NCBI GenBank assembly: GCA_963802225.1 | Contig: CAWDHZ010000012.1 | Span: forward strand, 69,972 to 133,971 | DNA length: 64,000 bases | Direction of reading: 5' to 3' | Source of the DNA: an uncultured delta proteobacterium | GTDB lineage: Bacteria; Desulfobacterota; Syntrophia; Syntrophales; UBA2192 | Shown: positions 1 through 9,882 of the stretch, piece by piece | Numbering within the stretch: the first letter of the stretch is position 1 | Layout: every line of letters starts with the position of its first letter | Position numbers and translations under genes: made by a program | The notes under the pieces: model-generated | Seen by the model: the letters and a program-made list of their open reading frames with translations, nothing else | The model's database searches: none | What the model was told of the DNA's origin: nothing

Positions 1-1316
1 TTTTTCGCCCCCAGGACGACGGCAAAAAGGCCGTCGGTGATCGTGTCCTCCGGGGGACTGGAACGCCGCTCGATCCAGTTTCGAAAGGCCGTGTTGTGCG
101 ACCCCGAGCCGAAGTGGCCATCGAAGTCCAGCTGGACGATCACGTTCCCTTCGACCAGATTCATGTACGGATGCGCACCGTGCGTACCCATGTCGGCAAA
201 CAGCCAGTTACTGCCCACATCGCCCTGCGAATCCTTCGAGTAATTATAGGCGAACACGTTTCCCGAGCCACCCCCCTCGAGCACCATGGAGTGACGCAGC
301 ACATAGAACATATTGTCCTCGATCCGGTGATCGGAGTTCACGAAGTGAAGCATCACGCCGTAGGCGAAGTCGCCGGGATAGTTCCCCCAACCGTGGTGGA
401 GGTAGCTCTGCCGAACCTCGTTTCCGTAGCTGTTTCGGATGCTGACGTGGTGGTTCCGGATCTTGTAGGTCTCCACGTTCCGGATCCAGCAATGCGCGCA
501 GTGGGTGATCTGGATGCCGTGGCGTGTTCCGCTGCCCGCCTGCGTCATCTCCATGGAAAGATCCTCGATCCCCACCCGGTCCACCATGCCCAATTTCAGC
601 GCTTCAGGATTCAGGGATGCTTTGAACGTAAAATACAGGGGTCGGCTCAGCGTCAGGGTGTCTCCGTTTCTGGCGGCGATCCGGGCGATCTGAGTCATGG
701 CGTGATTGCTGTCGTCAAAGAGTCCGCACCACGTACAGGTCCCGCCGCAGCCGGTCGGATCCACGGGAATACTGGGGTCATTGTCCTGGTAGATGACGAT
801 GTAGTCCCCCACGGACAGGGAAGACACATCCTGTACGGTGATCGTCGAGCTGTCCTTGGTGTAGCCAGAGAGGATTCGCGTCGGGGCCGAGCTCGCCCCA
901 GCGCCATCCACGGCCAGGATATGGCCGCTGGCCGAGACGTTTCTCAGGGTTGTGTTCCGCTGCCCGTCGCCCCGCAGGACAATGGATTTGGCGGCGATCT
1001 GCAGCGGGGCCGTCAGCCTGTACGTCCCAGCCGGAAGATAGACAACCTGCCCCGAGGGACAGCTGTCGATGGCGCGCTGGACGGCCACCGTGTCGTCGGT
1101 GATCCCGTCGCCTTTGGCCAGATAGGGGGCATTTTTGACGTTGGCGCAGACGGTCGTGCGCTGCGGGATCCCCCCGGGAATCCCCGGACTCCATGAAATG
1201 CGACGGTCGGTCGGAATGAGTTGAGCGTGAGTCGAAGGAATGCAGAAGAAGAGGGCGGCGCAGAGGAAGGAAGAGATCAGGATACCGGAGATTTCCTGGA
1301 AGGCCCTGTGATCCAT
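1..1316 (-). CDS. Secreted right-handed beta-helix (pectate-lyase-superfamily-like) protein, paralog A; 3' end runs off the window
   Basis: Absent from the ORF track because it has no stop inside the window. Manual reverse translation from ATG 1316 is uninterrupted: [49 protein letters not shown]...DDTVAVQRAIDSCPSGQVVYLPAGTYRL...[26 protein letters not shown]. About 80% amino-acid identity by eye to the N-terminal 440 aa of the next gene. Confidence 0.8.
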   Translation of the reverse strand, partial: MDHRAFQEISGILISSFLCAALFFCIPSTHAQLIPTDRRISWSPGIPGGIPQRTTVCANVKNAPYLAKGDGITDDTVAVQRAIDSCPSGQVVYLPAGTYRLTAPLQIAAKSIVLRGDGQRNTTLRNVSASGHILAVDGAGASSAPTRILSGYTKDSSTITVQDVSSLSVGDYIVIYQDNDPSIPVDPTGCGGTCTWCGLFDDSNHAMTQIARIAARNGDTLTLSRPLYFTFKASLNPEALKLGMVDRVGIEDLSMEMTQAGSGTRHGIQITHCAHCWIRNVETYKIRNHHVSIRNSYGNEVRQSYLHHGWGNYPGDFAYGVMLHFVNSDHRIEDNMFYVLRHSMVLEGGGSGNVFAYNYSKDSQGDVGSNWLFADMGTHGAHPYMNLVEGNVIVQLDFDGHFGSGSHNTAFRNWIERRSSPPEDTITDGLFAVVLGAK

Positions 1317-1554
1317 CCTGTTCGGTCCTTGCGAGGAAGACATGTCCCTGTCCTTTCTCGATGAGGCGAATCCCACAGGAATTCAGAATCCGAACTTGTC
1401 TGATGCTTCTCCAGTTGCCTCGGGACCCTCCTGTCGGGTCGATTCGCCATGTTGGATTTCTTGATGTTGACTCGGAACGGGGGCCGGCGGAGCCTCTTCC
1501 CGGGATCCCCGGTGGCCCGGCGAGCCGTTCCCCGACGCTGATCCCGCCTGGACG

Positions 1555-3660
1555 TTATGCCGCTTTTGTCGGGGCGTTGCTGCGACGGATCCGCGCAACA
1601 GCGATGATCCCGACCGATAAAGCGGCCAGAATCCCGATCGTCGTCATCATGCCGATGCTCAACGTCAGGTAACAGACCCCCACGACTGGCAGCAAACTCC
1701 ATCTCACGAGTCCTCGCAGACTCTCATGCTTCGCGATGAATTCCGCTACGGCCGGAGAGCATTGCTCGTAGAGTGTGACCAGGGCCTGACCGGGTCGATG
1801 ACTTAAAAGATAACGATCCCGGAATTCGCGAAGCACGTTCACTTCCGGCTCCAGGGACGAACCGTATGCCGCGCCGGCGATGAAGCAACCTCCGCGCCCC
1901 CCTCCCCCGCCGGGAGTAACAGGCGGAGACGCCATGGAGGCGGGCCCCGGAGACGGCACGAGCTGGGTCATGGATTCGAAGCGCTGCCGGGCCGGGATCA
2001 TTCCTACCATGGGCGCCAGGTCCGAACCGATCGCCGGCCAGGGGAGACTGCCGAAAAAGGATGGCCTGGAGGCAAGGTAGTAGGAGGCCGGCAGCGTGCG
2101 GTCCGCAATCGCCGCATCCCATTTCGTTTCGTTCGTGACGTAGTCGAAATTGCCGTGACGAAGCAAGGTCTTCTCCACGTCCGGATCGATGGGGCTCTGG
2201 CTGCTTGCACAGAGATAGCCCAAGTGCCAGATCTCTGCTTTGACAAAGGCCGGGGCTTGGTAGACGCCTGTGCATCCCGGGTGGCAGAGGACATTCCCCA
2301 CGATGTTGTGGTAGCGGTTCTTGGCCCCCAGGACAACGGCAAACAGGGCGTCGGTGATCGTGTCCTCCGGGGGGCTGGATCGCCGCTCGATCCAGTTCCG
2401 GAACGCCGTGTTGTGCGACCCCGAGCCGAAGTGGCCGTCAAAATCCAGTTGAACGATCACATTTCCCTCGAAGAGGTTCATGTAGGGATGAACGCCGTGT
2501 GTCCCCGCGTCGGCAAACAGCCAGTGGTCGCCGATATTGCCCTGAGAATCCTTCGAGTAATTGTAGCCGAAGACGTTTCCCGACCCCCCGCCTTCCAATA
2601 CCATCGCATGCCGCAACACATAGAAGATGTTGTCCTCGATCAGGTGGTCCGAGTTCACGAAGTGCAGCATCACGCCGTAGGCGAAGTCGCCGGGATATTT
2701 CCCCCAGCCATGGTGGAAGTAGCTCTGCCGGACCTCGCTGCCGTAGCTGTTGCGGATGCTCACATGGTGGTTGCGGATCCGGTAAGTCTCCACGTTGCGG
2801 ATCCAGCAGTGCGAGCCATGAGTGATCTCGATGCCGTGGCGCCTGCCGCTGCCCGGCTGCGTCATCTCCATGGAGAGGTCCTCGACCCCTGCACGATCCA
2901 CCATGGACAATTTCATCGCCTCGGGGTTCAGGGTCGGCTTGAACGTATAATATAGTGGGCGGTTCAGCGTCAGCGAGTTGCCGCTCTTGCCCTTGACCCG
3001 AACGATCTGCGTCATGGCGTGGTTGCTGTCATTGTAGAGCCCGCACCACGTGCAGGTGCCGCCGCAGCCGGTCGGGTCCACGGGAAGACTGGGGTCATTG
3101 TCCTGGTAGACCACGAGGTAGTCCCCCGCTGCGATGGAAGAGGCACTCTTGAGCGTGATCTTCGAACTGTCCTTCGTATAGCCGTCGAGGATCCTTACCG
3201 GGAAATGTCGTTCGTTCCTGCTGCCGATGGAAAGGATGTTGCCACTGCCCGCCTCGTTTCGCAGAAGTGTTTTTCGCTGCCCGTCGCCCCGCAGCACGAT
3301 GGATTTGTCGATGATCTGCAGCTCCGACGTCAGGCGGTATATCCCGGCCGGAAGGTAGACGGCTTGGCCGCTCTTACAGCGGTCAATGGCACGCTGGATG
3401 GCCGCCGTGTCGTCGGCGACGCCATTTCCCTTCGCGTGAAAGGGAGCGTCTTTCACATTCGCGCATACGGTTTTGTACTGCGGGATCCCCCCGGGGATAC
3501 CCGGGCTCCATGCGATGCGCCGATCGGACGGGATCAGTTGCGCCTGGGCAGCCGATGTGGCCGCAATCCAGACGACGCCGATAATCGCCGCGGCCAGGAA
3601 TCGGACGCGGCCCGTCGCGCCGCAGCGCTGGATGAACGATAGAACGTGTGTGGCATGCAT
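1555..3660 (-). CDS. Secreted beta-helix (pectate-lyase-superfamily-like) protein, paralog B, with Gly-run + CFI-type C-terminal module and TM anchor
   Basis: ORF track 1555..3855. Start trimmed to ATG 3660 ([41 protein letters not shown], signal-peptide-like), because the upstream Wzy-like gene ends at 3753. [28 protein letters not shown] is typical of pectate-lyase-superfamily beta-helix proteins. C-terminus: [36 protein letters not shown]... followed by a hydrophobic helix and RIRRS. Confidence 0.85.
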   Translation of the reverse strand: MHATHVLSFIQRCGATGRVRFLAAAIIGVVWIAATSAAQAQLIPSDRRIAWSPGIPGGIPQYKTVCANVKDAPFHAKGNGVADDTAAIQRAIDRCKSGQAVYLPAGIYRLTSELQIIDKSIVLRGDGQRKTLLRNEAGSGNILSIGSRNERHFPVRILDGYTKDSSKITLKSASSIAAGDYLVVYQDNDPSLPVDPTGCGGTCTWCGLYNDSNHAMTQIVRVKGKSGNSLTLNRPLYYTFKPTLNPEAMKLSMVDRAGVEDLSMEMTQPGSGRRHGIEITHGSHCWIRNVETYRIRNHHVSIRNSYGSEVRQSYFHHGWGKYPGDFAYGVMLHFVNSDHLIEDNIFYVLRHAMVLEGGGSGNVFGYNYSKDSQGNIGDHWLFADAGTHGVHPYMNLFEGNVIVQLDFDGHFGSGSHNTAFRNWIERRSSPPEDTITDALFAVVLGAKNRYHNIVGNVLCHPGCTGVYQAPAFVKAEIWHLGYLCASSQSPIDPDVEKTLLRHGNFDYVTNETKWDAAIADRTLPASYYLASRPSFFGSLPWPAIGSDLAPMVGMIPARQRFESMTQLVPSPGPASMASPPVTPGGGGGRGGCFIAGAAYGSSLEPEVNVLREFRDRYLLSHRPGQALVTLYEQCSPAVAEFIAKHESLRGLVRWSLLPVVGVCYLTLSIGMMTTIGILAALSVGIIAVARIRRSNAPTKAA

Positions 3661-3752
3661 GATGAAACCCCTTGTGCGTCGGTCCGGATCGTTTGACGTG
3701 CGACTGGCGGGGTTCGCCTCGGGCGACACTCCCCCACCCATCGGGTGCCCCC

Positions 3753-5129
3753 TCACGACGGGCGGCGCTCCACCCCCCCCGGTCCCGACGATCCCGTCGC
3801 AGACACGGATCCGGGCCGCCCGTACTCCATATTGAAAAGAAGAAGCAAAAACCACAGGGGATTGAGCGCTTTGAAGGACGCTTCCGTCATGTTGTACAAC
3901 AGAGCGACGATCAGGAGCGTGATTCGTATTCGTCCGCGATCGTAATTCGTAAACAGCTCCTCCCGGCTCTTGTTATAAAAGGAACCCAGGATCGCGACAA
4001 GAAACATCAGGCCGATCAGCCCGAGATTGAGATAGACCTCCAGCAACCCGTTGTGGGCCTGGTTCGGCCTCCAGTAGTATTCAGACCAGAACCATGCAGC
4101 CCGGTCGCCGAGCCAGAAACTGTCGAATCCGGTGCCGATAAGCGCACTGTTCCTCGTATTGATCAGATCCTCCCAGAATTGGGTTCTCCCCGTAAGGGTC
4201 ATGTCCCGGCCCAAGAGGGACACCACAAAGGGAATGAAGTCCGCCAGCAAGAGGACAACGGTGGCCAGCACCAGGCTCGAGAGACAAAACAGGCCTAGAT
4301 AGTCCGGCCGTCTCCGGACCCAGGAAAATCCCAGGCACGCATAGACCCCGATCCCGACGGCAAAGGTCACCATGGCTGTCGAGCTCCTGGCCAGGATCAA
4401 TAGCCAGACGATCATGACCAGCAGCAGGACATAGACGCTCCCTTCCCGGACTCTTCTCAGCGTGTCCTCTTTCTTGCGGAGGACCTCGCACAGATAGCTG
4501 AACAACAGAACCCCTACAATCACGCAGAGCAGTCCGAGTGTATTCTTGTGTGTCGTGACGCCTCCATAGAATACCTCCCCGGACCAGCGGTGGTACATTC
4601 TGCCGTAGACGGGCATGTACTTGATGAAAACGATGGAGAGGGGCACGAGGATGAAGGCCACTCTCTTGACGACGCTCTTGACCGTCTCGTCCGGGTTCTC
4701 TTCCGTCAGCAGGATGAAGATCATGATGTAGTCGCCCAGCAGCTTGATCCATCGCTTGAGCGCGACATAGGGATAGTCCGCCCAGGTGATGCTCAGGGCA
4801 CAGTAAAAGACGAATGTCATGATCAGAAGGTTGTTGCCGATGAGGGCAAACCACCGCACTCTCCGGATGATCAGGACGATGAGGCCCGCCACGATCAGGG
4901 AAGAGAAGTACAGGCGATCGATCGGGTTGCCTTCCGTAAGATCGTAGGGAACGTCCGCGTGCACCGCTGCCGGGTTGATCCACAGGGACAAGGGCCTGGA
5001 CAGCAGGATCAGAACCCAGAACAAAGGGACCCACGTGGCGATGCGGGGGGAAGCTCCCCTCCGGTAGTCGGCCACAAAGAGTCCGATGATAAACAGGATG
5101 CAGAACGCAAGTGCGATCAGCGGGGACAT
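3753..5129 (-). CDS. O-antigen ligase / Wzy-like polysaccharide polymerase family membrane protein
   Basis: 458 aa with about 10-12 hydrophobic helices. THKNTLG and [16 protein letters not shown] resemble the Wzy_C / O-antigen-ligase loop and helix. Lies within a polysaccharide locus. Confidence 0.75.
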   Translation of the reverse strand: MSPLIALAFCILFIIGLFVADYRRGASPRIATWVPLFWVLILLSRPLSLWINPAAVHADVPYDLTEGNPIDRLYFSSLIVAGLIVLIIRRVRWFALIGNNLLIMTFVFYCALSITWADYPYVALKRWIKLLGDYIMIFILLTEENPDETVKSVVKRVAFILVPLSIVFIKYMPVYGRMYHRWSGEVFYGGVTTHKNTLGLLCVIVGVLLFSYLCEVLRKKEDTLRRVREGSVYVLLLVMIVWLLILARSSTAMVTFAVGIGVYACLGFSWVRRRPDYLGLFCLSSLVLATVVLLLADFIPFVVSLLGRDMTLTGRTQFWEDLINTRNSALIGTGFDSFWLGDRAAWFWSEYYWRPNQAHNGLLEVYLNLGLIGLMFLVAILGSFYNKSREELFTNYDRGRIRITLLIVALLYNMTEASFKALNPLWFLLLLFNMEYGRPGSVSATGSSGPGGVERRPS

Positions 5130-5185
5130 GTCGAACGGGATCCCATATCAGCAAACCGGTAGAGCATGAGGGAGTTCGCTTGCGA

Positions 5186-6064
5186 TCAGGCGCCGGGGGG
5201 CTTTTCCTGCTCGCCCTTTCTCGCATACCACTGCTTGCGCAGGTTCTTGAGTTTATTCTTCGTGTTTTCGGGCAGTACGGCCGCCAGACCGTGATGAAGA
5301 CCCAGCCGCAGGGCGACGGCCCCCTTCACGGTCAGGGGCACGTAGTAGCGCGGCAGATCCACCTTTTCGCACCCGTTGTGCCGCTTGAAGTCTCCCAGGC
5401 TGTCGGAGAGCCACTTTCCGTAAAGGAGACAGGGAATGCCTTTCTTATCACACACCTCAATGGCTTTGGCCAGCATGGCATTCTGAGGTGCCTTGTCCCG
5501 GTGCACCACCTTGGATACCATCCCGAAGGGGATGGCGGATACCCCGGTATTGCCGAGTTGGATGAACCCGATCAGTTCCTCTTCGAAATAGGCGCCGATA
5601 AAGTCCGATCGGTGCCGATCCTTCATCAATTCCCGTTTGACGGTCTCGAAATCCTTCCCGTAGTTTTCATAGGGTCTACCCTGCCGGACAGGCGTTTCAT
5701 TGAATATTTCCGTGACGCCCCGTATGAACTCGTCATGGAGATCCACGACCTTGACGAAGACGCCGCTTTTCTCCGCCTTTCTCACGGCCTTTCTGGAACT
5801 TCTCTCGATCTGGTGATTGAACCAGTGCTCGTATCCCTTGAGGGGAATGACCGCAGCCGGGTCCACCTCCCGATAATAAGGAAACAGGGGCTTGGTTTCG
5901 GGCAGCCTTTGCCAGAACGTCAGAAGATCGGCCCTCACGTGCTGCGCTTTCATCTTCCCGATGAAGGCCTCGGGGTCCTCGACATGGTCAAACCATTCGT
6001 CCTTCAGGATCGCGGTCTTGATCCAGGTTCCCTTGACGATGATTTCCTTGTTGTCGATCATCAT
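5186..6064 (-). CDS. GNAT/FemAB-like acyl- or aminoacyl-transferase
   Basis: 292 aa. The C-terminal half (FIGAYFEEELIGFIQLGNTG...HRDKAPQNAMLAKAIEVCDKKGIPCLLYG) looks like a GNAT core. Overall size and context resemble FemAB-related EPS-locus proteins. Confidence 0.5.
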   Translation of the reverse strand: MMIDNKEIIVKGTWIKTAILKDEWFDHVEDPEAFIGKMKAQHVRADLLTFWQRLPETKPLFPYYREVDPAAVIPLKGYEHWFNHQIERSSRKAVRKAEKSGVFVKVVDLHDEFIRGVTEIFNETPVRQGRPYENYGKDFETVKRELMKDRHRSDFIGAYFEEELIGFIQLGNTGVSAIPFGMVSKVVHRDKAPQNAMLAKAIEVCDKKGIPCLLYGKWLSDSLGDFKRHNGCEKVDLPRYYVPLTVKGAVALRLGLHHGLAAVLPENTKNKLKNLRKQWYARKGEQEKPPGA

Positions 6065-6100
6065 CGGATTGCCCTCCGTTGATCCATTGACTGATTCCCT

Positions 6101-7930
6101 TCAGGAAGACCCGCTTCCGTCGATGAAGACCCTGTGGATCATTTCCAGGGTGAGCACCTTGCTGATATCCAGCAGATAGTTGCCTTTCCCCGCGATGTGA
6201 TCCAATACCATCTTTTCGATATACGCGCGGTTCCAGTATGGTCTCTCCAGCGTCCTTCGATCCAGCAGGATCTCCTTCAGGTAGCCCGACAACTCCTTCT
6301 GGAACCAGACGCGGTAGAACAGGAACTTGTCGAACCCCATGACCCAGCGGGACATCTGGAACCGATCCAGCCTCGCCACCCGGTGATGCAGGGAATAGGG
6401 CAGATAGGCCTGAACGAACAGGGTATCGATCCTCAATAAAAATTTATAAAGCGCCCGCCGGGGCATGGCCTGCAGCGGGGAGCCTCCCCCCAGACCCCGG
6501 TTGGTCATGATCCGTGTCAGTTTCGGGTCGTGCTTCAAGATCGTATCCAGCTGAAAGGCTCCAAAGTCGATCTCTTCATCCGGAGCCCGATAAAGCAGCT
6601 CGATAAATTCATTGTCCAGATAGGGGCTGCGAACGGTCAATTGAGAATACTCGGCCGCGGTTGTTCCCGAAAAATACCAGGGAATCTCGTATCCGATCAG
6701 AAAGGACAGGTTGTGGCCTCTGCGGATGTTCCGAAAACGCTCCCTCGATGCGGTAAGGTAGGGCTCCATCTCCCGGCTGACCAGGTTCATGTTCGGCTCC
6801 GCCGGTTTGAGCACATTTGTTCCCCTCACCACCTGGCTGGCAAATTTGCCGGTCATCTTGATCGGGGCGATCTCGCGGACCTTCCGGTTGAAATAGATCT
6901 CGGAGGAATTGTTGACGCGCGCCAGCCCGTCGGTGACGAATACGGCCTTTTCGAACTGCGAAGGAAACTGCGACAGGAGATCCTCTCCTGCGCGGATCAC
7001 CCGGTAGCTCTGGTGACACGTCTCGGCCACCCGCCGGGACACGCGAATGTCGACGGTTTCGCGGTTCATCCCGCCGAAGGTGAAACAGGGAAGCTCACCG
7101 GCAGCCGGCTTGCGGCATGCCAGGATCATCCTGGAATCCAATCCGCCTGTCAGCGCAAGCCCGATCCCGCTGCCGGAAAAATAGCGGGGCAGGACCCTGT
7201 CGAACGTGTCACCCAGCGCATCCAGGTATTCCGCCTTACCCAGTTTCTGCTGATTCTCCAGATCGCGGACCTCGAAGTAACGGTCCTTCGTGACCCTGCC
7301 GTTTGCCCAGGTCCACCGCGAGCCGGGAGGCAGAAGGGAAACACCGGAAAAGTACGTCCTGTTTTCAATGGCGCAGTCAAACAGGAAATAGTCTCCGATG
7401 GTCTGCGGATCCATGGTTCGAAGCCCGGGCAGGACCTTGAGCAGCGACTTCGCCTCGGATGAAAAATAGAATGCCTCGTCGCCTTCGTGGCAGTACAGCC
7501 TCTGCATGCCGTAGCGATCATTGAAAAGAACAACCTGTCCCCGGCGGGTGTCAATGAGTAACCCTGAGAACCATCCGTTCAGCGTCTGCCAGAACTGCTC
7601 TCCCTGCTCTTCATAGAGATGGATCAGGGTGCTGGCGTTTTCCGGATTGAATTCGTGCCCGCGCGCGGAAAGATCCCGCAGGACGCTGCGGTCCAGGTAG
7701 CACTCGCCCGCTAGAAAGAGGACCAAATCCTTTTCTTCATTGCGGACGGGCATGCAGTCGGAAAACGACCCCTGGATGGACACGTGGCCGAGGAAGACGC
7801 CTGACTGCCTGTCGATGTAGGTGCCGGAAGAATAGAACGGCTCGTGGCACATCGTGCGCAGCATGCGCTCCAGGAGCGCCTCTTCGTTTCCGACGATCCG
7901 CTTGCGGATCATTCCCGTGATGCCCGGCAT
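6101..7930 (-). CDS. Asparagine synthetase B-like amidotransferase (EPS-locus type); N-terminal nucleophile Cys absent
   Basis: 609 aa. The synthetase-domain PP-loop LTGGLDSR is present. The N-terminus is MPGITGMIRKR rather than MCGI.G. Confidence 0.8.
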   Translation of the reverse strand: MPGITGMIRKRIVGNEEALLERMLRTMCHEPFYSSGTYIDRQSGVFLGHVSIQGSFSDCMPVRNEEKDLVLFLAGECYLDRSVLRDLSARGHEFNPENASTLIHLYEEQGEQFWQTLNGWFSGLLIDTRRGQVVLFNDRYGMQRLYCHEGDEAFYFSSEAKSLLKVLPGLRTMDPQTIGDYFLFDCAIENRTYFSGVSLLPPGSRWTWANGRVTKDRYFEVRDLENQQKLGKAEYLDALGDTFDRVLPRYFSGSGIGLALTGGLDSRMILACRKPAAGELPCFTFGGMNRETVDIRVSRRVAETCHQSYRVIRAGEDLLSQFPSQFEKAVFVTDGLARVNNSSEIYFNRKVREIAPIKMTGKFASQVVRGTNVLKPAEPNMNLVSREMEPYLTASRERFRNIRRGHNLSFLIGYEIPWYFSGTTAAEYSQLTVRSPYLDNEFIELLYRAPDEEIDFGAFQLDTILKHDPKLTRIMTNRGLGGGSPLQAMPRRALYKFLLRIDTLFVQAYLPYSLHHRVARLDRFQMSRWVMGFDKFLFYRVWFQKELSGYLKEILLDRRTLERPYWNRAYIEKMVLDHIAGKGNYLLDISKVLTLEMIHRVFIDGSGSS

Positions 7931-7939
7931 GTTATCTCG

Positions 7940-9112
7940 CTAATCCGCCATGCGCCTCTCGGCGCACTCCAGTTTCCACTTCAGAAGCGCCAGCGCCCTG
8001 TACATGGTGGTCTGGGCCCAGTGGATCATGGGGATTTTAGATGTGATGAACGGGTACTTTCGGTAATAAAAGTACCCCGTCTCATCCTGCATGTGGTCGA
8101 TGGTCCAGCGGGCCACCTTTTGCGCCAAGGGCAGCACCGATTCATCGAGATCGGAAAAATTGGACAGGGTCTCGATCGCCTGGGCGGCACACTGCATGTC
8201 GATCGGGTACGTCTTGTTGTGGTAGTACTTCGGCGTCCCGTCTGGCTCGAAGAAATGACTGACGTAGTATTTGAGCCCCCGCTCCAGGTTGCCCTGGAAG
8301 GCCTTATCCCCGGTGTTCTCGATGTAGCATTTCAGACTGTCGAGATTGTAGCCCGTGTGGAAATTGTCGATCCACTGCCGGTCCGGCGACTCCCCGTAAT
8401 ACCAGGCGCCGTTTTGGAGCTGGCGGGAGCAGCTGTAGTCCATGGCTTCCCGGGCGACGGCCAGACAGGCCTCGTTGCCCGTGATGCGTGCCGTTCGGGC
8501 CAGTATGGCTGCCCCCAGCATGTTCGAATTGTGGATCGAGCCCTGCATGAAGGCCACGTAGCTCAGGCACGTACCTGAATCGGTCTTTTCGCGGGGCAGC
8601 TCCATGATCCAGTTGCAGACGCTGACCGCTACGTCTAGATATCTCTGCTCCCCGAACTGCTCGTAAGCGTCCAGGAAAGCCTGCCCGACGAGGCCCGTCC
8701 AGACGATGATGGGCTCGAGCCTTGGCAGCTTTCCGCCCCGGCTGGAAAAATCGTAGTGATTTCCCCAGCTATGCCAGGCGTAGCCGGGCGCCTTGTTGCC
8801 GTCGAGCCAGTCGAGGCACCGGATCGCTTTTTCGCGGTATGCCGGATCGCCGGTGCTCTTCAGCATGGTCAGATACCCCCAGGCCATGTAACCCCGTCCT
8901 TTCGTGGATTCCTGGGGTTTGATGCCGAGGAGCGGCCTCAGGTTGACAGGCGATTGGCGCACGAGCTGCTGCAGCATCCTCTCGGCGAGCAGATTGCCGA
9001 ACGTGAGCGGCCGCAGAAAGGAGGACAACCCGTCAAAGGGTTCATACCCCTTGTAGTCGTGATCCTCGATCCACGTTTCCAGTCGACGGATACTTTCCGC
9101 AATGCCGATCAT
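7940..9112 (-). CDS. Conserved hypothetical protein of the polysaccharide locus (possible alpha/alpha-toroid carbohydrate-active fold)
   Basis: 390-aa ORF packed 10 nt after the AsnB-like gene start and 23 nt before the ChbG-like gene. Aromatic-rich motifs (WHSWGNHYDF, NGAWYYGE, NFHTGYN). No family I can name with certainty. Confidence 0.55.
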   Translation of the reverse strand: MIGIAESIRRLETWIEDHDYKGYEPFDGLSSFLRPLTFGNLLAERMLQQLVRQSPVNLRPLLGIKPQESTKGRGYMAWGYLTMLKSTGDPAYREKAIRCLDWLDGNKAPGYAWHSWGNHYDFSSRGGKLPRLEPIIVWTGLVGQAFLDAYEQFGEQRYLDVAVSVCNWIMELPREKTDSGTCLSYVAFMQGSIHNSNMLGAAILARTARITGNEACLAVAREAMDYSCSRQLQNGAWYYGESPDRQWIDNFHTGYNLDSLKCYIENTGDKAFQGNLERGLKYYVSHFFEPDGTPKYYHNKTYPIDMQCAAQAIETLSNFSDLDESVLPLAQKVARWTIDHMQDETGYFYYRKYPFITSKIPMIHWAQTTMYRALALLKWKLECAERRMAD

Positions 9113-9134
9113 CTTCTACACCTGCCTGCGCTTT

Positions 9135-9866
9135 TCACCAATCTGCATGGGCCGCCAAGGTGATTCCTTGGATCAGCTTCCCGTATTCCTCGCTCATCAG
9201 GTAACGGTATTCCTCTTCCCCGTCGGGATGCACGGCCACTTCGACAACCGACGAGCCTGCCAGCTCCATAATTCGTCTAATACGATCGCCGGGCAAGAGG
9301 GGCAGGAGCCGGAAGAAGTAGTCCGTGCAGCGGTGCCTCCTGCAAAGCCAGGCATCCACGGCTTTACGGTAACCGCGGTTGAAGATCGTCCGTTCGCCTG
9401 CAAAGAAGGAATGGTTCCTCCGGACCCGGAGCCCGCGGGGGATGACCCGGTCGATCAACATGTTGGCGCACAGGTGCATGTGGTGATGCCCGTCGATGCG
9501 GGAGGGCGGTTTGCCGTAGAGCCGATCAAACTCCTCCACCTGCCTGAGGTAGGCATATTCAAAATCCGCCCTCAGCGCGGGATGATACACGAGGCGCCTG
9601 AGCCTCTGCGGCCGCAGGAACCCGGCAATCCGCTGGTGGCGCTCCAGCAGCACCGCGTCCCGCACGGTGCCGGTGAAGGGGGTCGTGAAATTCAGGTGCA
9701 GGCCCGCATCGATGCCGAATGCCCGCGCCAGCTCCGCGGCCCTCTCCGCGTCCTCCATGAAGACCATGGCGCTGACGGACGCCGCCCTCCCGTTCCGGAA
9801 GCACGACAGGCTGTTGTCCGTCGCCTCTCTGTTCCGACCCCAGTCGTCGGCGTTAATGATCAGCAT
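9135..9866 (-). CDS. ChbG/HpnK (YdjC) family carbohydrate deacetylase
   Basis: N-terminus MLIINADDWGRN and IDGHHHMH match the YdjC/ChbG metal-binding motifs. 243 aa. Confidence 0.8.
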   Translation of the reverse strand: MLIINADDWGRNREATDNSLSCFRNGRAASVSAMVFMEDAERAAELARAFGIDAGLHLNFTTPFTGTVRDAVLLERHQRIAGFLRPQRLRRLVYHPALRADFEYAYLRQVEEFDRLYGKPPSRIDGHHHMHLCANMLIDRVIPRGLRVRRNHSFFAGERTIFNRGYRKAVDAWLCRRHRCTDYFFRLLPLLPGDRIRRIMELAGSSVVEVAVHPDGEEEYRYLMSEEYGKLIQGITLAAHADW

Positions 9867-9882
9867 GGCACCATAGCGGCCG

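Noticed and set aside
96-3642. Long plus-strand ORFs 96..1196 (366 aa), 2155..2955 (266 aa) and 3019..3642 (207 aa).
   Set aside because: They are antisense shadows of the two beta-helix genes. Their translations are Arg/Gly/Pro/Val-rich low-complexity sequence typical of the wrong strand in high-GC DNA, and the minus strand carries recognisable domains.
3661-3855. N-terminal 65 codons of ORF 1555..3855.
   Set aside because: The extension runs into the 3' end of the Wzy-like gene (stop at 3753) and is Gly/Pro/Arg-rich. The internal ATG at 3660 yields a proper signal peptide that matches the paralog.
4081-5226. Alternative-frame minus-strand ORFs inside real genes. Examples: 4081..5226, 38004..38927, 44490..45314, 33180..33995 and 56338..57069.
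   Set aside because: They run on the same strand but out of frame with genes that have clear family motifs, and their composition is Arg/Pro/Gly-rich.
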